From NCBI GenBank assembly GCA_051382305.1, contig JBBCAV010000433.1:1-20770 (forward strand): DNA of 20,770 bases. Direction: 5' to 3'. The translations under genes and the position numbers were made by a program. Below the pieces are notes generated by a model. The model had not been told where the DNA came from and did not search any database. It worked only from the letters and a program-made list of their open reading frames with translations. This document shows, in pieces, positions 1-8,896 of this stretch. Source of the DNA: Bdellovibrionota bacterium FG-2 (GTDB lineage Bacteria > Bdellovibrionota > UBA1018). Positions within the stretch are counted from its first letter, which is position 1, and every line of letters starts with the position of its first letter.

Positions 1-198
1 GAGAGTGCCAAGCGCGGGTTCTGGGACCACCTCGTCTTCACGCGCATCGTGAGATTTGGAAAAGACTTCGTAGGAGTGGCTGAATACGTCTTAAAGAATC
101 TTTGGGAAGGTGTCGGCATCCCTGTTCGCAAAATCCTTGCTCGCGGCTATCGAATTAGGGAAATCAGTGAAGACGGCTTCGTCTTCGTGGCCCCTTAG
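1..198 (+). mobile_element. 3' end of a Y1 (HUH) tyrosine transposase, IS200/RAYT-like (partial, runs off the window edge)
   Basis: Frame 1 is open from base 1 to TAG at 196-198: ESAKRGFWDHLVFTRIVRFGKDFVGVAEYVLKNLWEGVG... The FW-x5-R and Y-V-x-x-N pattern matches the C-terminal catalytic-Tyr helix of IS200/RAYT enzymes. The HUH motif would lie outside the window. Confidence 0.6.
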
Positions 199-282
199 GC
201 GCCGGCTCCCGTCCATCCCCCCGTTTTGTTAGGGGGAATTACGCAACAACGCCCTCAAATCGTAGTAAGTGTATGATTTTAT

Positions 283-359
283 TGGCGCACCCGGAGAGAC
301 TCGAACTCCCGACCAACTGGTTCGAAGCCAGCTACTCTATCCAACTGAGCTACGGGTGC
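283..359 (-). tRNA. tRNA-Arg (anticodon UCG), CCA encoded
   Basis: Reverse complement is GCACCCG-TAGCTCAGTTGGATAGAGTA-GCTGG-CTTCGAA-CCAGT-TGGTC-GGGAG-TTCGAGT-CTCTC-CGGGTGC-G-CCA. It is 77 nt, forms a full cloverleaf, and has anticodon loop CT-TCG-AA. Confidence 0.97.
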
Positions 360-387
360 GCATAACAAGGCCTATGAAACAGACCTA

Positions 388-1362
388 TCACTTCATCCGC
401 TTAAGCTCAAGGGGGGTGCAGTCATAACACCGCTCTGAGCGAAAGGTTTTGGGGTGCTCAATCTGAATCGTCGTATGGGCAATGCCAAATTCCTTCTCCA
501 TGAGCTCATTTGCGGCTTCTAGAGCCTCTTCCACCTCGGTCACCATGTGAACGCTTAAGGCCAGTTTCCCACTACCCACAGACCAAATATGAAGATCATG
601 GACTTCTTGAACGCCTGCGATCTCTAAAAGATGGTGTTTCACGTCTTGGGGGTCGATGCTGGAGGGCGTAGATTCCATAAGCACGCTCAGTGATTCTTTG
701 ACCAAGGACCAAGAACTCAAAAGCATTAACGCCGCGAAAAGGACGGTAATTATTGGATCAATAGGACGCCAGCCCGTCCACCAAAGCACTCCCCCCGCAA
801 GCACCGCTCCCACGCTCCCTAGGGCATCACTCAATAAATGCAGGTAGGCCCCACGTACATTTAGGGAGTCGTGCTGAGCTCCATTAAGCATGCGCATGCT
901 TACTAGATTTGCAATCAGCCCCACCACGGCAACGACAAACACGATGGGTCCATTAACCTCAGGAGGCGCGCGCATTCTTTGAACGGCTTCATAGACCAAA
1001 AGTCCCGAGATCAGCCAAATCGCAAGGCCACTTGCGAGTGCGCCCAAGATCTCCGCGCGATGATAGCCAAAACTCATCACCCAATTAGCGGGCCGTCTGG
1101 CCATCCACAGGGCAAATAGGCTCAACAAAATTGCTCCCACATCTGTCAACATGTGAGCGCCATCGGAGATCAGGGCTAAGCTGTTAGAGAAGTATCCACC
1201 GACCAGTTCCACGACCATAAAAATAATCGTCACGATCATCGCACGAATTAAGGCCTTCGGCGCTTGCGCACTATGCGCGTGAAGATGCCGATGTTTGTGC
1301 GCATGATCGTGGCCATGGGTGTGACCCGGGCCGTAACCGTGATGATCGTGCTTGTCGCTCAT
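388..1362 (-). CDS. czcD: Cation diffusion facilitator (Zn/Co/Cd efflux, CzcD/ZitB family)
   Basis: His-rich N-terminus, SLALISDGAHMLTD, FGYHRAEILGAL, AYLHLLSDALGS, HDLHIWS and HTTIQIE motifs. Start moved to ATG 1362, which overlaps the ribH stop (ATGA). Confidence 0.93.
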   Translation of the reverse strand: MSDKHDHHGYGPGHTHGHDHAHKHRHLHAHSAQAPKALIRAMIVTIIFMVVELVGGYFSNSLALISDGAHMLTDVGAILLSLFALWMARRPANWVMSFGYHRAEILGALASGLAIWLISGLLVYEAVQRMRAPPEVNGPIVFVVAVVGLIANLVSMRMLNGAQHDSLNVRGAYLHLLSDALGSVGAVLAGGVLWWTGWRPIDPIITVLFAALMLLSSWSLVKESLSVLMESTPSSIDPQDVKHHLLEIAGVQEVHDLHIWSVGSGKLALSVHMVTEVEEALEAANELMEKEFGIAHTTIQIEHPKTFRSERCYDCTPLELKRMK

Positions 1363-1799
1363 GCCTGAAGTTTCTTGATCTGGGCCAAAGTCTTCAGTGA
1401 ATCCAAACACGCCTTCGCAGCCTCATGCCCCTTGTTCTCCGCATTATCACGGCTGCGCACGATGGCTTGTTCGTCGGTATAGGTAGTCAGAATTCCGAAG
1501 GTGATGGGAACTTCAGTGGCGAGCATTGCTTGTTGAAGTCCAAGAGTTGCGCCTAAGCTGATAAACTCAAAGTGCGCTGTGTCGCCCTTGATTACGCAAC
1601 CTAAACAGACCACGCCCTGGTACAAGCCCGTGCGAGCCAGGGTTTGCGCCAGCAGGGGAATTTCAAACGCGCCCGGCGCATGAAACACGTCGCGCTCATC
1701 GTGCGAAACTCCCGCTTCGCGGAGAGTTTTCTGCGCTCCGGCCAAAAGGCCTAGCGTAACATCTTCATTAAAATGACTGACGACGATCGCGATTTTCAT
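1359..1799 (-). CDS. ribH: 6,7-dimethyl-8-ribityllumazine synthase
   Basis: [37 protein letters not shown] and NKGHEAA motifs; lies in the rib operon. Confidence 0.97.
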   Translation of the reverse strand: MKIAIVVSHFNEDVTLGLLAGAQKTLREAGVSHDERDVFHAPGAFEIPLLAQTLARTGLYQGVVCLGCVIKGDTAHFEFISLGATLGLQQAMLATEVPITFGILTTYTDEQAIVRSRDNAENKGHEAAKACLDSLKTLAQIKKLQA

Positions 1800-3043
1800 T
1801 TGAGCTCTCCTTTTGAAGGGTGAATGGCGTGAAGGAGTTTCAGTTCGTGTCCCATCTTCTCGGACTTCGTTCGAAGGTAATTTTGGTTAAAGGTGTTGGA
1901 CTGAATTTCGATAGGGAGGCGTTTAACGACAGTGAGGCCGTAGCCTTCAAGTCCAATAATTTTCTTGGGATTATTGGTGAGTAAGTTGAGATGCGAGATG
2001 CCCAAGTGCGTGAGAATCTGCGCGCCCAAACCGTAATGCCTCAAATCTGCCGAGAAACCTAAATGCTTGTTGGCTTCGACGGTGTCCATGCCTTGATCTT
2101 GCAGGGCGTAGGCGCGGATTTTGTTAGCTAACCCAATACCGCGGCCTTCGTGACTGCGCATGTAAACCAAGACGCCTTTGCCACTTTCGGCAATCTGTCT
2201 CATCGCGCTCTCCAGTTGTGATCCGCAATCGCAGCGCAGCGATCCGAAGGCATCGCCCGTCAAACACTCGGAGTGAACGCGTACCAGGGGGGGCGTCCCG
2301 CCGTCCGCAAAATTTCCACCTTTGACGAGCGCGACATGCTCCGAATTATCCAAGACACTTCGAAACGCGTAAAGTTTGAAGTGCCCAAACAGAGAAGGGA
2401 AATCCGCTTGCGCGATCTCTTCGACCATCCGCTCTTTTTGCAAGCGATGGGCGATCACATCCTTAATGGAAATAACCGGAATCTGATGCTTGGCTGCAAA
2501 CACTTTGAGATCGCTCATGCGAGCCATGGTTCCATCTTCGTTCATGATTTCACAAATGACTGCGGCAGGTCTGAGGCCCGCGATCCGCATCATGTCGATA
2601 GAACCTTCAGTGTGACCGGCTCTGACTAAAACCCCGCCTTCAACGGCCGAAAGCGGGAAAATGTGGCCGGGAGTGCAAATGTCATTGGGGCCGCGAGTGG
2701 GGTCGACGGCGACGCGGATCGTGTGCGCACGATCATGGGCAGAAATTCCGGTGGTGACGCCTTCGCGTGCTTCGATGGACACCGTAAACGCCGTTTGTTT
2801 GGCTACTTGGTTGCGAGGTGGCATCATGGGGAGTTGCAGTTCAGCAACGCGCTTTTTCTCGATGCTTAAGCAAATCAGGCCGCGCGCATGAGTGGCCATG
2901 AAGTTAATGGCGGCAGGCGTGACAAATTCCGCAGCCAGTATAAGATCGCCTTCGTTCTCACGATCTTCATCGTCAACGAGGATGACCATCTTGCCGTTTT
3001 TGAGGGCTTCTAGGTTTTCATTTAGCGAGTAAAGGGTTGGCAT
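1796..3043 (-). CDS. ribBA: Bifunctional DHBP synthase / GTP cyclohydrolase II
   Basis: RibB motifs [26 protein letters not shown] and RAGHTEG; RibA motifs [27 protein letters not shown] and LLTNNP. Confidence 0.97.
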   Translation of the reverse strand: MPTLYSLNENLEALKNGKMVILVDDEDRENEGDLILAAEFVTPAAINFMATHARGLICLSIEKKRVAELQLPMMPPRNQVAKQTAFTVSIEAREGVTTGISAHDRAHTIRVAVDPTRGPNDICTPGHIFPLSAVEGGVLVRAGHTEGSIDMMRIAGLRPAAVICEIMNEDGTMARMSDLKVFAAKHQIPVISIKDVIAHRLQKERMVEEIAQADFPSLFGHFKLYAFRSVLDNSEHVALVKGGNFADGGTPPLVRVHSECLTGDAFGSLRCDCGSQLESAMRQIAESGKGVLVYMRSHEGRGIGLANKIRAYALQDQGMDTVEANKHLGFSADLRHYGLGAQILTHLGISHLNLLTNNPKKIIGLEGYGLTVVKRLPIEIQSNTFNQNYLRTKSEKMGHELKLLHAIHPSKGELK

Positions 3044-3675
3044 AGACGCTCCACGTATTTGGCGATCACATCGACTTCAATGTTGACGGGATCGGCGGGT
3101 TTGAGGTTTTTGAGATTCGTGTGCTCCCAGGTGTGGGGGATGATCATGATTTCTATTTCCTGGGCGGGGTCGTTGAGGGTGTTGAGGGTAAGGCTGATTC
3201 CGTTGATGGCGATTGAGCCTTTTTCTATGCAGTAGCGAAGAAGTCGAGGCGGTAAGTGGAATTTAAGTGAGCGCGCTTCGCCTGAGGATTGAGCCGCGAC
3301 GAATTCGCCGAGGCCATCGACGTGGCCTTGGACGATGTGGCCGGAAAGTCGCGACGGTGACCCTAGAATGTCGGTTGCGGGAAGCGCGCGCTCAAGATTG
3401 ACAGTGGAGGATTTTGTAAGAGAGTTGAGATTGGTTTTTTCAAGAGTTTCGGAGCTTGCAAAAAACGTTGCGAGGCTCGGTTTGTTCCCGATCTCACACA
3501 CGGTAAGACACACGCCGTTGACCGCGATGCTCTCTCCTAAGGAGATGTCAGAGAAGCCGGTGTCGAGCCAGAATTTAAGCGAGCGGTGGGGCGCGCCGCC
3601 AGGCGCGTCTTGAGACGCGGGTTGTTTTTCGATTTCTAAGATTTTGGCCGTGGCCTGTATGATTCCTGTAAACAT
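3022..3675 (-). CDS. ribE: Riboflavin synthase (alpha chain)
   Basis: MFTGII N-terminus, [41 protein letters not shown] and VNIEVD motifs; overlaps the ribBA start by 22 nt. Confidence 0.97.
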   Translation of the reverse strand: MFTGIIQATAKILEIEKQPASQDAPGGAPHRSLKFWLDTGFSDISLGESIAVNGVCLTVCEIGNKPSLATFFASSETLEKTNLNSLTKSSTVNLERALPATDILGSPSRLSGHIVQGHVDGLGEFVAAQSSGEARSLKFHLPPRLLRYCIEKGSIAINGISLTLNTLNDPAQEIEIMIIPHTWEHTNLKNLKPADPVNIEVDVIAKYVERLCQPFTR

Positions 3676-3758
3676 AGGGTGTTTTTCTACCCGCCCAATA
3701 TCACAGGCCCGGGCGAAATGTCGCAGGATATCGCGAAAACTTGACTAAACTCTTGCGC

Positions 3759-4476
3759 TTATTTCAGCGCAGGCAACTGTTTTTCTCGGGTAAGGCGGCT
3801 TATAAATTCCTGAAACGCTTTCCAAGACTCTTGGTCGGCGTGCGCGTTATAGGCGGCCCCTTTCTTATTGTCCGATCCTGCGGAGGGATTGGTGAACGAG
3901 TGCACCGCGCCGGGGTAGGCGACGAATTTGAGATGCACGCCAGCGGATTGCATTTCGTCTTTGAAAGCTTGTACTTCGGATGCTGGGACGAAAGGATCGT
4001 CAGCGCCGTGCATTGCTAGAACTGGGCCTTTTATGTTACGTGCGTCTTGAGGGGGGGGCGTTGCAAGGCCGCCATGAAAAATCGCGGTACCCACAAGTGG
4101 CGCACCGCTGCGAGCGAGTTCCAGCGCTGCGGTTCCGCCAAAACAATAACCCATGACGAGCACCTTCTTGGGATTGACTTGTTTCATAGCCGTGAGTGAG
4201 TCGAAAGCTGCCCGCATGCGGGCCCGTAAGAGGGGGCGATCGGCTTTATATTGACCTGCCAGTTTGCTTGCTTCCTCGGAATCTTTCGGGTGCACGCCTT
4301 TCCCGTAAACATCGACGACGAATCCGATAAAACCTTGCTTGGCGAGCTGTTCCGCTTGTTGCCGTGCGAAGGGTCCTGGGCCCATCCAATCGGGGACGAT
4401 TAAAAATGCGGGCTTTGGAGTTGCCCGCGTGAGCGATGGTGAGTTGGGCCATAAAGACCAGAATTAGAGATAGCAT
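3759..4476 (-). pseudogene. Dienelactone hydrolase family protein, frameshifted between signal peptide and catalytic domain
   Basis: The catalytic frame carries KPAFLIVPDWMG (from 4415), GYCFGG, HGADD and AVHSF. It is closed upstream by TAA (4466-4464) with no start codon before KPAF. The signal-peptide-like MLSLILVFMAQLTIAHA (ATG 4476) is in a different frame. Confidence 0.75.
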
Positions 4477-4531
4477 GGCTTATCGCCGTAGCAAGAAGAT
4501 CGCCAATGACACGTTCTGCGTATTCTTCTTT

Positions 4532-4559
4532 GAGATTTATTAAGAGAGATTTATTAAGA
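4532..4559. repeat. Perfect 14-bp tandem duplication GAGATTTATTAAGA x2
   Basis: 4532-4545 and 4546-4559 are identical. Confidence 0.95.
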
Positions 4560-4583
4560 ACATATGTACACTGTACATATGTT
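4559..4583. promoter_or_regulatory. Perfect palindrome over the brnT -10 and start codon; probable antitoxin operator
   Basis: AACATATGTACA-C-TGTACATATGTT has 12-bp arms and a 1-nt centre. It contains TACACT (4567-4572) and ATG 4579. Type II TA operons are typically autorepressed at such sites. Confidence 0.8.
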
Positions 4584-4893
4584 TAGGATTGGACAAGTCA
4601 CTTTTGAATGGGATGAAAAGAAGAACTCCGCGAATAGAGATAAGCATGGCATTTCTTTTGAGGAAGCAGCGACGATCTTTTTGAATGTTCCGTTCCGTGT
4701 CATGTTCGATCCCGATCATTCAGATTCTGAAGACCGATATCTCGCAATTGGGATAAGCCTAAAAAGCAGGATATTGCTTGTGGTTCATTGTGAAAATGAA
4801 TCTGGAACTAGGGTGCGGATTATTTCGGCGAGGAAAGCGACCAAGAACGAACAGGCCTATCTTCATGGGCTGAGAACCGGAGAACGATCATGA
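4579..4893 (+). CDS. brnT: BrnT-family (DUF497) ribonuclease toxin
   Basis: FEWDEKKNSANRDKHGISFEEA, DHSDSEDRYLAIG and RIISARKAT motifs. Start is 4579 (alternatively 4564). Confidence 0.93.
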   Translation: MFRIGQVTFEWDEKKNSANRDKHGISFEEAATIFLNVPFRVMFDPDHSDSEDRYLAIGISLKSRILLVVHCENESGTRVRIISARKATKNEQAYLHGLRTGERS

Positions 4894-5165
4894 GAAAAGA
4901 ATACGATTTTTCGAAATTGAAGCCCGCTTCACCAAAGTATTTAGAAAAGTTGAAAGGCTCAATTACGATGCGCCTGGATTGGAGCGTACTGAATTATTTT
5001 AAGGAACTTTCTGCAGAGCTGGGAATTCCTTATCAGTCTCTGATCAACTTTGTTTTGCGGGATTATGCTCAGCACGAATTAAAGCCGACATCCAATTGGG
5101 ATCGACTTAAGAAGAAGGGGGCTCATAAGATTGCCCATAAAATTACAAAGAAACGCGCAGCTTGA
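4890..5165 (+). CDS. brnA: BrnA/CopG-like ribbon-helix-helix antitoxin
   Basis: MRKEYDFS, ITMRLD..VLNYFK and GIPYQSLIN..LR motifs; ATGA overlap with the toxin. Confidence 0.88.
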   Translation: MRKEYDFSKLKPASPKYLEKLKGSITMRLDWSVLNYFKELSAELGIPYQSLINFVLRDYAQHELKPTSNWDRLKKKGAHKIAHKITKKRAA

Positions 5166-5209
5166 GTTTTTTTTGGGGGGGTATCGGCTTGGACGGGCAA
5201 GAATTGCGC

Positions 5210-6148
5210 CTACCGAGCGCGCGTATGAATCGTCGCCTCATCTTGCCCTTCCGTGAGCACCACGTGCCGATCCCAAAGTTCTCCCGAAAGAACGGCCTCA
5301 GAAATCAATGGCCCGGCCTCAACTAAAACCTCAAGCACGCCATTTGATCCCAGTTCCCGTAGCGCCGCTTCAAGGGAGTCGGGAAGAATCACGTTAAACC
5401 CTTGGCGCCTTGCGTATTCCAAATATTTTTCCGGCACGCGCCGCCTTCGATCCATGATCGCAAGCCATCGTTTTTTCCCAAAATGATCCGCGACGTGGCG
5501 AACGGTAAAGGCGGGGTTATCCGCTTGAATCGTGCCGCTTCCGGTGAGAATGGCATCGCTTCTCTTGCGAAGATCGTGGGCAATCCGCAAGGCTTCGGAG
5601 GTTGTGAAGGTTTTCATGCCCAGTGGCGGAATCATCGAGCCATTGCCGCGATAGGCTGTCTTTACAGTCACAAACGGCAAACCTGTTGTGACCCACTTGA
5701 TAAAGGGGCGAGCAAGCTCAAGACATTTCTCAAAAAGCGCATGACCTTCCGGCAACGCCATCACTTCAATGCCCGCATCCCGCAAGGCCCTGGCCCCGCC
5801 GCCGGCCACGCGGGGATTCGGATCCGCCACTCCGTAAATCACCCGACGAACTCCCGCAGCTATGATCGCCTGCGAGCAGGGCGGAGTGCGACCCGTGTGG
5901 TTGCAAGGTTCGAGCGTGACGATCAGGGTGTCAATCGATTGCCCTTTAAGATCCGTCAGCAGCGCGGCCTCCGCATGCGCTTCGCCCGCCTTTTGATGAG
6001 CAGCAACGCCGAGGATTCGCCCTTGTGCATCTAACGCCGCTGCACCGACGGGAGGATTTGGCGCGGTTGCGCCCACAAATTCTTGAGCTTCCTCGAGCGC
6101 AAGATCAAAGGCGTGGGCGATTGCGGCTGAAATTGCGTTCTCAATCAT
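5210..6148 (-). CDS. ribD: Bifunctional riboflavin pyrimidine deaminase/reductase
   Basis: PNPPVGA, HAE and TLEPCNHTGRTPPC (Zn deaminase), DPNP, and H-x-LR...DAILTGSGTIQADNP (reductase). Confidence 0.93.
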   Translation of the reverse strand: MIENAISAAIAHAFDLALEEAQEFVGATAPNPPVGAAALDAQGRILGVAAHQKAGEAHAEAALLTDLKGQSIDTLIVTLEPCNHTGRTPPCSQAIIAAGVRRVIYGVADPNPRVAGGGARALRDAGIEVMALPEGHALFEKCLELARPFIKWVTTGLPFVTVKTAYRGNGSMIPPLGMKTFTTSEALRIAHDLRKRSDAILTGSGTIQADNPAFTVRHVADHFGKKRWLAIMDRRRRVPEKYLEYARRQGFNVILPDSLEAALRELGSNGVLEVLVEAGPLISEAVLSGELWDRHVVLTEGQDEATIHTRAR

Positions 6149-6153
6149 CAGAC

Positions 6154-7272
6154 TTATTTCGTCTTAATGGAAGATCTTGGTGCAGCCGCTCTTCTCAAAC
6201 GATCCATAATCGCAAATCCCAATCCCTCTTTTGCCGAAGCGCCTGGGCAGGGTTCGGCGACGATAATGTCTACGTCAAACTCATCTAAGAAACGTACCTG
6301 GGAAAATAGATTGCGCGACGCCTCGGCGGCGCTCCACTCGGCAGCGCAAAGACTGCGAGCGATGACGGGCGCTCCGCAAAGCTCCTGGAGTTTGAGCGCA
6401 GCCTGACTCTTGTTTCCCGAAGCGACAAGTAGCCCTATTTTTGCGGAAGCAATTCGAGAGTGCAGGGTCCCAGGTTGTAGCGTTTCAGGAAGATCGGAGA
6501 GTTCAAGAACCGGCGCATCCAAAAGAATCAGGGGTTTTCGTGGGGCGTAGTGACTTTCGATCATTCCGGGAGAATCGGGGGCCTGAGTTGAAACGCGTTC
6601 ATGGCGAACCAGTGGAATGCCAAGCACGGCTTCAATCGCTTCAATGGGGGTTCCCCCCGGCCGAAGCAGAGTGGGCGTTCCGTCGGGCGCAATGGAGACG
6701 ACGGTCGATTCGACTCCAATCTCGCATTTTCCGCCATCCAAAATGTATTCAATCCGTCCATTCAGTTCACTCATTACATCTTGGGCAGAGGTCGGACTAA
6801 TTCGCCCGAAACGATTCGCACTCGGAGCGGCCAGAGGTTGGCCAAGCAATTCAAGCAGTCGTTGTGTGAGCGGGTGCCGGGGGATGCGTAACGCCACGGT
6901 AGGGAGGCCGCTTGTGCAGATGTCAGGGACCATTGGATTCTTGGGGAGTACTAAAGTGAAGGGCCCGGGCCAAAGGGCATGAATCAAGAGATCCGCTCTT
7001 TTCTTCGCGAGTGGGCCCAAGGCTTTTGCGTCGATTAAGTTTGCTTCGTCCAAAGCGGCAAGACTTTTCCAAAGAGTCGGAATATGCACAATCAAGGGAT
7101 CAAAATGCGGGCGCTCTTTGGTATCGAAAATATGAGCCAACGCTTCGGGGTGAAGCGCCAGGCTTGCGAGTCCATAAACGGTTTCGGTAGGAATTGCCGC
7201 GATCTGGCCTTGTCCTAGGGCTTGCGCCACGAGCTCGATGTTATCGGGAGTGGGGGGGAGAATTTGGGTCAT
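6154..7272 (-). CDS. sua5: L-threonylcarbamoyladenylate synthase, Sua5 type (YrdC + Sua5 C-domain)
   Basis: PTETVYGL, KERPHFDPLIVH, WPGPFT, APSANRFGRISPT, GVESTV, LLRPG and PGMIESHYAP motifs. Confidence 0.95.
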   Translation of the reverse strand: MTQILPPTPDNIELVAQALGQGQIAAIPTETVYGLASLALHPEALAHIFDTKERPHFDPLIVHIPTLWKSLAALDEANLIDAKALGPLAKKRADLLIHALWPGPFTLVLPKNPMVPDICTSGLPTVALRIPRHPLTQRLLELLGQPLAAPSANRFGRISPTSAQDVMSELNGRIEYILDGGKCEIGVESTVVSIAPDGTPTLLRPGGTPIEAIEAVLGIPLVRHERVSTQAPDSPGMIESHYAPRKPLILLDAPVLELSDLPETLQPGTLHSRIASAKIGLLVASGNKSQAALKLQELCGAPVIARSLCAAEWSAAEASRNLFSQVRFLDEFDVDIIVAEPCPGASAKEGLGFAIMDRLRRAAAPRSSIKTK

Positions 7273-8780
7273 TGTTTTTTTTCCTGTATCGCGGCGGTAT
7301 TGAGGAGGTTCCAGATCTCTTCCATCTTCATGCTGCGTGAGCCCTTAATGAGTAGCACGTCTTCAGGCATAAGGGTGCGCTCGATGGCTTCGGCCATTTC
7401 GCTTTGGGTTTCAAAATGAGACACGCTCCCGCCAAACTTGCGTTTCTTAAGTTCCGCGCTCAACCACTTCATTCGAGGGCCAAAAAGAAGTACGTTTTCG
7501 ATACCCAGCGCCATCAGGTTTTCGGCCAAGCCTCGATGCAGCTCTTCTTCGTGCTCACCGAGTTCGAGCATGTCGGCTAAGCACGCGAAGCGAACGCGCG
7601 CGCGGCCAAGGGGATCGCCTCCGTTATTTGGCGTACGACGGGAGAGTTCGGTGAGAAGGTCCAGCGCGGCTTCGACCGAAGTGGGATTGGCGTTGTAATA
7701 ATCACAAAGGACTTGGACGCTCACTCCTCCCGCTCTTGCGAGGGATTTGATTTCGGAGCGTCCGGTTGCCCCTTTGAAGTTTGCAAGGCCTTCACGAATT
7801 TCAGTGGCCGTAAGGCCTAAGCCCGCGGCAAGCGCAAGGGCGGCTGTGAAGTTGCGCGCGTTGTGTGCGCCTGGGAGGGGGATACCAAATGTTTCGGTTT
7901 TCTCTGAAAGCCCTTCAATCGCAAGAGATCCGGAGGGTGTCGTGTGTGCGAACAAGACTCGCGCGCCTTTGGGTGCAGTGAATGCAGGTCGAAACTCAGC
8001 TGAAAAGGCGTAAAATACGGCATTTGAGGCAGGGTTTTTGGACATCTCCGTAACCATCGGCGCCAGCCACTCGTTATCCAAATCCACGGCGATGAATCCC
8101 TCGTGCACACGGGTCCACGTCAGTGCTTTGAGTTCTTCGCGGGCGACGGTGGGAACGTCGATAAGTTTTTCGAGGTGTTCGGGGCCAATGGCGGTCATAA
8201 CCGCATGGGTGGGACGGACGATTTCGAGGTGTTTTTCCATGGCGCCGATTTCGTCGATCCCGATTTCCACGACAGCGACGCCGGTGGCGGCACCCAGTTC
8301 AAAAAGGGTCATTGGAATTCCGATGAATCCGTTTTGGCTCCCCGTCGTTTTTAGGACTTCACCTAATGCTTTCCAGCGACCCGTGAGCATTGCGGCCAGG
8401 AGTTCTTTGGTGGTCGTTTTTCCAACACTTCCGGCAACACCAATGACAGGAATTTGAAACTGTGCGCGCCACGCGGCACTGAGTATTCGATAAGCTTCGA
8501 TGGAGTCGGGGGCTTCGAAAATGTGGGCGCGATGCGCGTGATTTGGGCGCTTTTCGCAAATAATTCCACGAGCGCCTTTTTGGAGGGCCTGTGGAATATA
8601 CTCATGCCCATCGACTTTCTCCCCCTTAACGGCGACAAAAAGGGAGCCCTCAATGACTTGCCGGGAGTCGGTGGTGATTGCGGTGAATGGGGCGTCCGAA
8701 GGCGCGGCTTCGGACGCGTCCAAAAGTCCGCGCGAAAGCGCCAATGCGCGATAAACAAAACTGGGTGTAAGGCGTTGCAT
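7269..8780 (-). CDS. murF: MurF-family UDP-MurNAc-tripeptide ligase (divergent)
   Basis: TDSRQV...LFVAVKGEKVDGH, GSVGKTTTKE P-loop, HLE, GAHNARN, DYYNANPTS, DMLELG and LIKGSRSMKME motifs. Confidence 0.85.
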   Translation of the reverse strand: MQRLTPSFVYRALALSRGLLDASEAAPSDAPFTAITTDSRQVIEGSLFVAVKGEKVDGHEYIPQALQKGARGIICEKRPNHAHRAHIFEAPDSIEAYRILSAAWRAQFQIPVIGVAGSVGKTTTKELLAAMLTGRWKALGEVLKTTGSQNGFIGIPMTLFELGAATGVAVVEIGIDEIGAMEKHLEIVRPTHAVMTAIGPEHLEKLIDVPTVAREELKALTWTRVHEGFIAVDLDNEWLAPMVTEMSKNPASNAVFYAFSAEFRPAFTAPKGARVLFAHTTPSGSLAIEGLSEKTETFGIPLPGAHNARNFTAALALAAGLGLTATEIREGLANFKGATGRSEIKSLARAGGVSVQVLCDYYNANPTSVEAALDLLTELSRRTPNNGGDPLGRARVRFACLADMLELGEHEEELHRGLAENLMALGIENVLLFGPRMKWLSAELKKRKFGGSVSHFETQSEMAEAIERTLMPEDVLLIKGSRSMKMEEIWNLLNTAAIQEKKQ

Positions 8781-8896
8781 TTGTTTCAGAACTTAGCACT
8801 AAATCTGCCGAGGCGTGAAGCCGTAAAAAGAATTTGCCCCTTGCGCTTCAAATATTACATAGCGCTTCGCTCGCTGTTATGTCATATTGTCATAGT

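Noticed and set aside
1363-1410. Longer N-terminus for czcD
   Set aside because: It lies inside ribH; the ATGA coupling at 1359-1362 is more plausible.
3676-3758. Possible FMN riboswitch upstream of ribE
   Set aside because: The region is only 83 nt and shows no recognisable RFN conserved blocks.
5166-5181. T-run followed by G-run after brnA as a terminator or phase-variable tract
   Set aside because: There is no convincing stem before the T-run, and the tract is intergenic between convergent genes.
8874-8894. TGTCATA direct repeat resembling a Pho box
   Set aside because: The repeat period is 8 bp, not the 11 bp of PhoB sites.
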